Origin: Acidimicrobiales bacterium | GTDB taxonomy: Bacteria; Actinomycetota; Acidimicrobiia; Acidimicrobiales; Ilumatobacteraceae | Reading direction: 5' to 3' | DNA: 33,131 bases | Assembly: GCA_030830415.1 (NCBI GenBank) | Contig: JAURNB010000056.1 | Coordinates: 1-33,131, forward strand | Shown here: positions 32,075 to 33,131 of the stretch, piece by piece | Numbering within the stretch: the first letter of the stretch is position 1 | Layout of the letters: every line of letters begins with the position of its first letter | The notes under the pieces: model-generated | The model's input: only the letters and a program-made list of their open reading frames with translations | What the model was told of the DNA's origin: nothing | Databases searched by the model: none | Position numbers and translations under genes: made by a program

Positions 32075-33131
32075 CGCACCGTAAGGCTTGCGACCAGCTG
32101 CTGCTGGACGACCCGACTCACCATCACGTGCACCGCGGAAACCACCTTCACGTGGTCCACCTGTGCGTGGTGCGCCTGAACGAGGAGCTGCTCCGTCACG
32201 TGCACCGCGGTAGCCGCCAGCTGAAGAGCGTGGTGCTCCATCGCGTGGGCCTGCTGTGCGTGGTCCACGGTCACGGAATCCACCTTCACGAGGTGCTCCA
32301 TCGCGTGGGCCTGATGTACGAGGTCCACGGTCGCGGAATCCACCTTCGCGTGGTGCTGACGAGCGCTCTGAAGTGCGAGGTCCACGGTCACGGAATCCGC
32401 CTTCACGGAATCCACCTTCGCGTGGTGCGCCTTCACGTGGGCCAGAGCTACGTGGGGTAAAAGTACGTTCTGGGCGAGGACCATCGCTGCGCTCTGTGCG
32501 CTCTGCGCGTGGTGTATCTGAACGGTCAGAAAAACGAGGAGCGCGATCACGATCGCCACCACGTGAACCGCCATCACGGCGTCCACCGCGTGAGCCACCA
32601 TCACGACGTCCGCCGCCTCCACCATCACGACGTCCACCACCACGTGGTGAGTCGAGACGCTCTTCATGCAACACGATGCTGCTTGATTCACGGAATACGC
32701 GCTCGCCAGGAGCAAGCTCGGCGAGGAAGTCGTCTTCAGGTGTCACGCGAGTTGTGGTGGGCTCAATGCCTGCGCTCTTGGTGAGTGCACGCACGTTACG
32801 ACGCTGATTGTCGGTCATGAGAGTAATGACGGTGCCAGTTGCACCAGCACGTGCGGTACGGCCAGAGCGGTGCAAGTAAGCCTTGTGCTCTTCTGGTGGA
32901 TCAGCGTGAATGACTAAAGCAATGTCGTCAACGTGAATACCGCGAGCGGCAATGTCGGTTGCGACCAATGTGTCGGCGCGACCAGACGAAAATGCCGACA
33001 AGTTACGTGCGCGAGCAGCTTGTGACAAGTTGCCGTGCAATTCAACACTTGGAACGCCAGCTTTCATGAGCTGTTCTGCAAGGCGAGCAGCACCGTGCTT
33101 GGTGCGTGTAAAGACGAGTGTCTTTCCAGGA
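32051..33131 (-). CDS. DEAD-box ATP-dependent RNA helicase, 3' part (5' end outside the window), with long RG-rich tail
   Basis: The reading frame stays open to the window edge ('PGKTLVFTRTKHGAARLAEQLMKAG...'). Motif V 'LVATDIAARGIHVDD' and motif VI 'HRSGRTARAG' are present, followed by about 200 aa of Arg/Gly/Pro-rich repeats. Its stop overlaps the DUF554 gene by 24 nt (convergent). Confidence 0.9.
   Translation of the reverse strand, partial: PGKTLVFTRTKHGAARLAEQLMKAGVPSVELHGNLSQAARARNLSAFSSGRADTLVATDIAARGIHVDDIALVIHADPPEEHKAYLHRSGRTARAGATGTVITLMTDNQRRNVRALTKSAGIEPTTTRVTPEDDFLAELAPGERVFRESSSIVLHEERLDSPRGGGRRDGGGGGRRDGGSRGGRRDGGSRGGDRDRAPRFSDRSDTPRAERTERSDGPRPERTFTPRSSGPREGAPREGGFREGGFRDRGPRTSERSSAPREGGFRDRGPRTSGPRDGAPREGGFRDRGPRTAGPRDGAPRSSAGGYRGARDGAAPRSGAPRTGGPREGGFRGARDGESGRPAAAGRKPYGASAGKKRY
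32231..32430 (-). repeat. In-frame tandem repeat (period about 60 nt, about 3 copies) inside the helicase tail
   Basis: The 60-nt blocks starting at 32231 and 32291 are near-identical ('ggtgctccatcgcgtgggcctg.tgt.cg.ggtccacggtc.cggaatccaccttc.cg'). A third, more diverged copy follows (period 57). They encode 'APREGGFRDRGPRT(S/A)GPRDG' units. Confidence 0.85.

Noticed and set aside
32100-32810. Long ORFs on both strands across the helicase tail (31876..32715 minus, 279 aa His/Val/Ala-rich; 32256..32807 plus, 183 aa Arg/Pro/Ser-rich). The periodic repeats could also be mistaken for a CRISPR-like array.
   Set aside because: They are alternative-frame or antisense shadows of the GC-rich tandem repeat that is in frame with the helicase motifs. 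The repeats are contiguous with no unique spacers and are coding, so this is not a CRISPR array.

Overview
The window looks like conserved chromosomal core from an actinobacterium with moderate GC and very tight gene packing. The lineage call is inferred from gene content and synteny only. I support 33 protein-coding genes, one of them truncated at the right edge, and one tRNA-Arg(UCU). In order they are: rbfA-truB-ribF (+); fbiC, a chorismate-mutase/VOC fusion and ribE (-); rpsO-pnp-dapB (+); a membrane protein (-); an acyl-CoA synthetase, a TetR regulator, a diiron protein, an unknown 205-aa protein, dapA, rnj, a lipoprotein, ftsK, rimO, pgsA, cinA, tRNA-Arg and carD (+); a VOC protein (-); a beta-hydroxyacid dehydrogenase (+); an SDR and a class-III aminotransferase (-); rmlA-rmlC-rmlB-rmlD and a DUF554 membrane protein (+); and the 3' part of a DEAD-box helicase (-). 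I found no CRISPR array, transposase, integrase, prophage or recognisable defence or toxin module, so I cannot point to a clear-cut novel system. The most unusual items are: (1) a chorismate mutase fused to a single HPPD-C-terminal-like VOC domain; (2) that fusion sits in a minus-strand ribE/CM-VOC/fbiC block between ribF and rpsO, which makes biochemical sense as a precursor-supply unit for the F420 chromophore FO; (3) a leaderless TetR / diiron-carboxylate / unknown wHTH-like protein module next to an acyl-CoA synthetase and translationally coupled to dapA; (4) tandem-repeat-encoded Arg-rich tails on PNPase and the DEAD-box helicase, and a Lys/Ala-rich tail on CarD. All functional calls rest on motifs I recognise by eye. 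No database search was run.
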